A stretch of 64,000 nucleotides of DNA from Octopus sinensis (Eukaryota), in NCBI RefSeq assembly GCF_006345805.1, contig NC_042997.1:141856001-141920000 (forward strand). The letters are read 5' to 3'. The first letter of the stretch is position 1. Every line of letters begins with the position of its first letter. The notes beneath the pieces are model-generated. The model was not told the origin of the DNA. It saw only the letters and a program-made list of their open reading frames with translations, and did no database searches. The translations under genes were made by a program, and so were the position numbers. This document shows positions 63,472 through 64,000 of this stretch, in pieces.

Positions 63472-64000
63472 ATCATCATCATCATCATCATCATCATCAT
63501 TTAACGTCCGCTTTCCATGCTAGCATGGGTTGGACAGTTCAACTGGGGTCTGGGGAGCCCGAAAGCTGCACCAGTCCAGTCAGATCTGGCAGTGTTTCTA
63601 CAGCTGGATGCCCTTCCTAACGCCAACCACTCCGAGAGTGTAGTGGGTGATTTTATGTGCCACCGACACAGGTGCCAGACGAGGCTGACAAACGGCCACG
63701 CTCGGATGGTGTTTTTTATGTGCCACCGACACAGGTGCCAGACGAGGCTGGCAGACGGCCACGCTCGGATGGTGTTTTTTATGTGCCACCGACACAGGTG
63801 CCAGACGAGGCTGGCAGACGGCCACGCTCGGATGGTGTTTTTATGTGCCACCGACACAGGTGCCAGACGAGGCTGGCAGACGGCCACGCTCGGATGGTGT
63901 TTTTATGTGCCACCGACACAGGTGCCAGATGAGGCTGGCAAACGGCCACGATCGGATGGTGCTTGTTACGTGCCCACAGCACGGAGGCCAGTCGATGCGG
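63472..64000 (-). mobile_element. Young RTE-3'UTR repeat with a (CAT)n end and about 5 near-identical 61-62-bp tandem units
   Basis: Unit ATGTGCCACCGACACAGGTGCCAGACGAGGCTGGCAGACGGCCACGCTCGGATGGTGTTTTT at about 63655-63960. CpG-rich. Runs off the right edge. Confidence 0.85.

Noticed and set aside
63501-63982. Repetitive ORFs on both strands
   Set aside because: They are products of the 62-bp tandem repeat in a retroposon tail.
38329-64000. DRG2 or other human 17p11.2 neighbours downstream of GID4
   Set aside because: I found no recognisable GTPase or other conserved exons by eye, although small exons could have been missed.

Overview
AT-rich, intron-rich eukaryotic DNA. The repeat families and (CAT)n/(TA)n/(CA)n microsatellites suggest a coleoid cephalopod, probably an octopus (inferred, not verified). 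Two divergent genes have start codons only 193 bp apart. ATPAF2/ATP12 is on the minus strand (coding exons 1-4 at 9749-9860, 6055-6099, 4929-5074 and 272-369, running off the left edge). A complete 5-exon GID4 is on the plus strand (10054-38328, 202 aa). Human 17p11.2 has the same head-to-head pair. The rest is nested transposon debris: an RTE LINE with a PHD finger inside its RT region, CORE-, Deu/Nin- and V-type SINEs, piggyBac, hAT and mariner MITEs with target-site duplications, a Gypsy integrase relic, LINE relics and a decayed Penelope-like element. The most unusual object is a spacer-less palindrome of about 500 bp (49694-50213). It is made of two head-to-head copies of a tRNA-headed (Pol III) unit carrying a Penelope-type minimal hammerhead ribozyme, and it sits in a (TA)n tract. 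It is a candidate Penelope-mobilised ribozyme SINE. Two other unrelated hammerhead relics and two very recent template-switch duplications inside GID4 introns are also visible. All calls come from manual reading; no searches were run, and repeat boundaries without TSDs are approximate.
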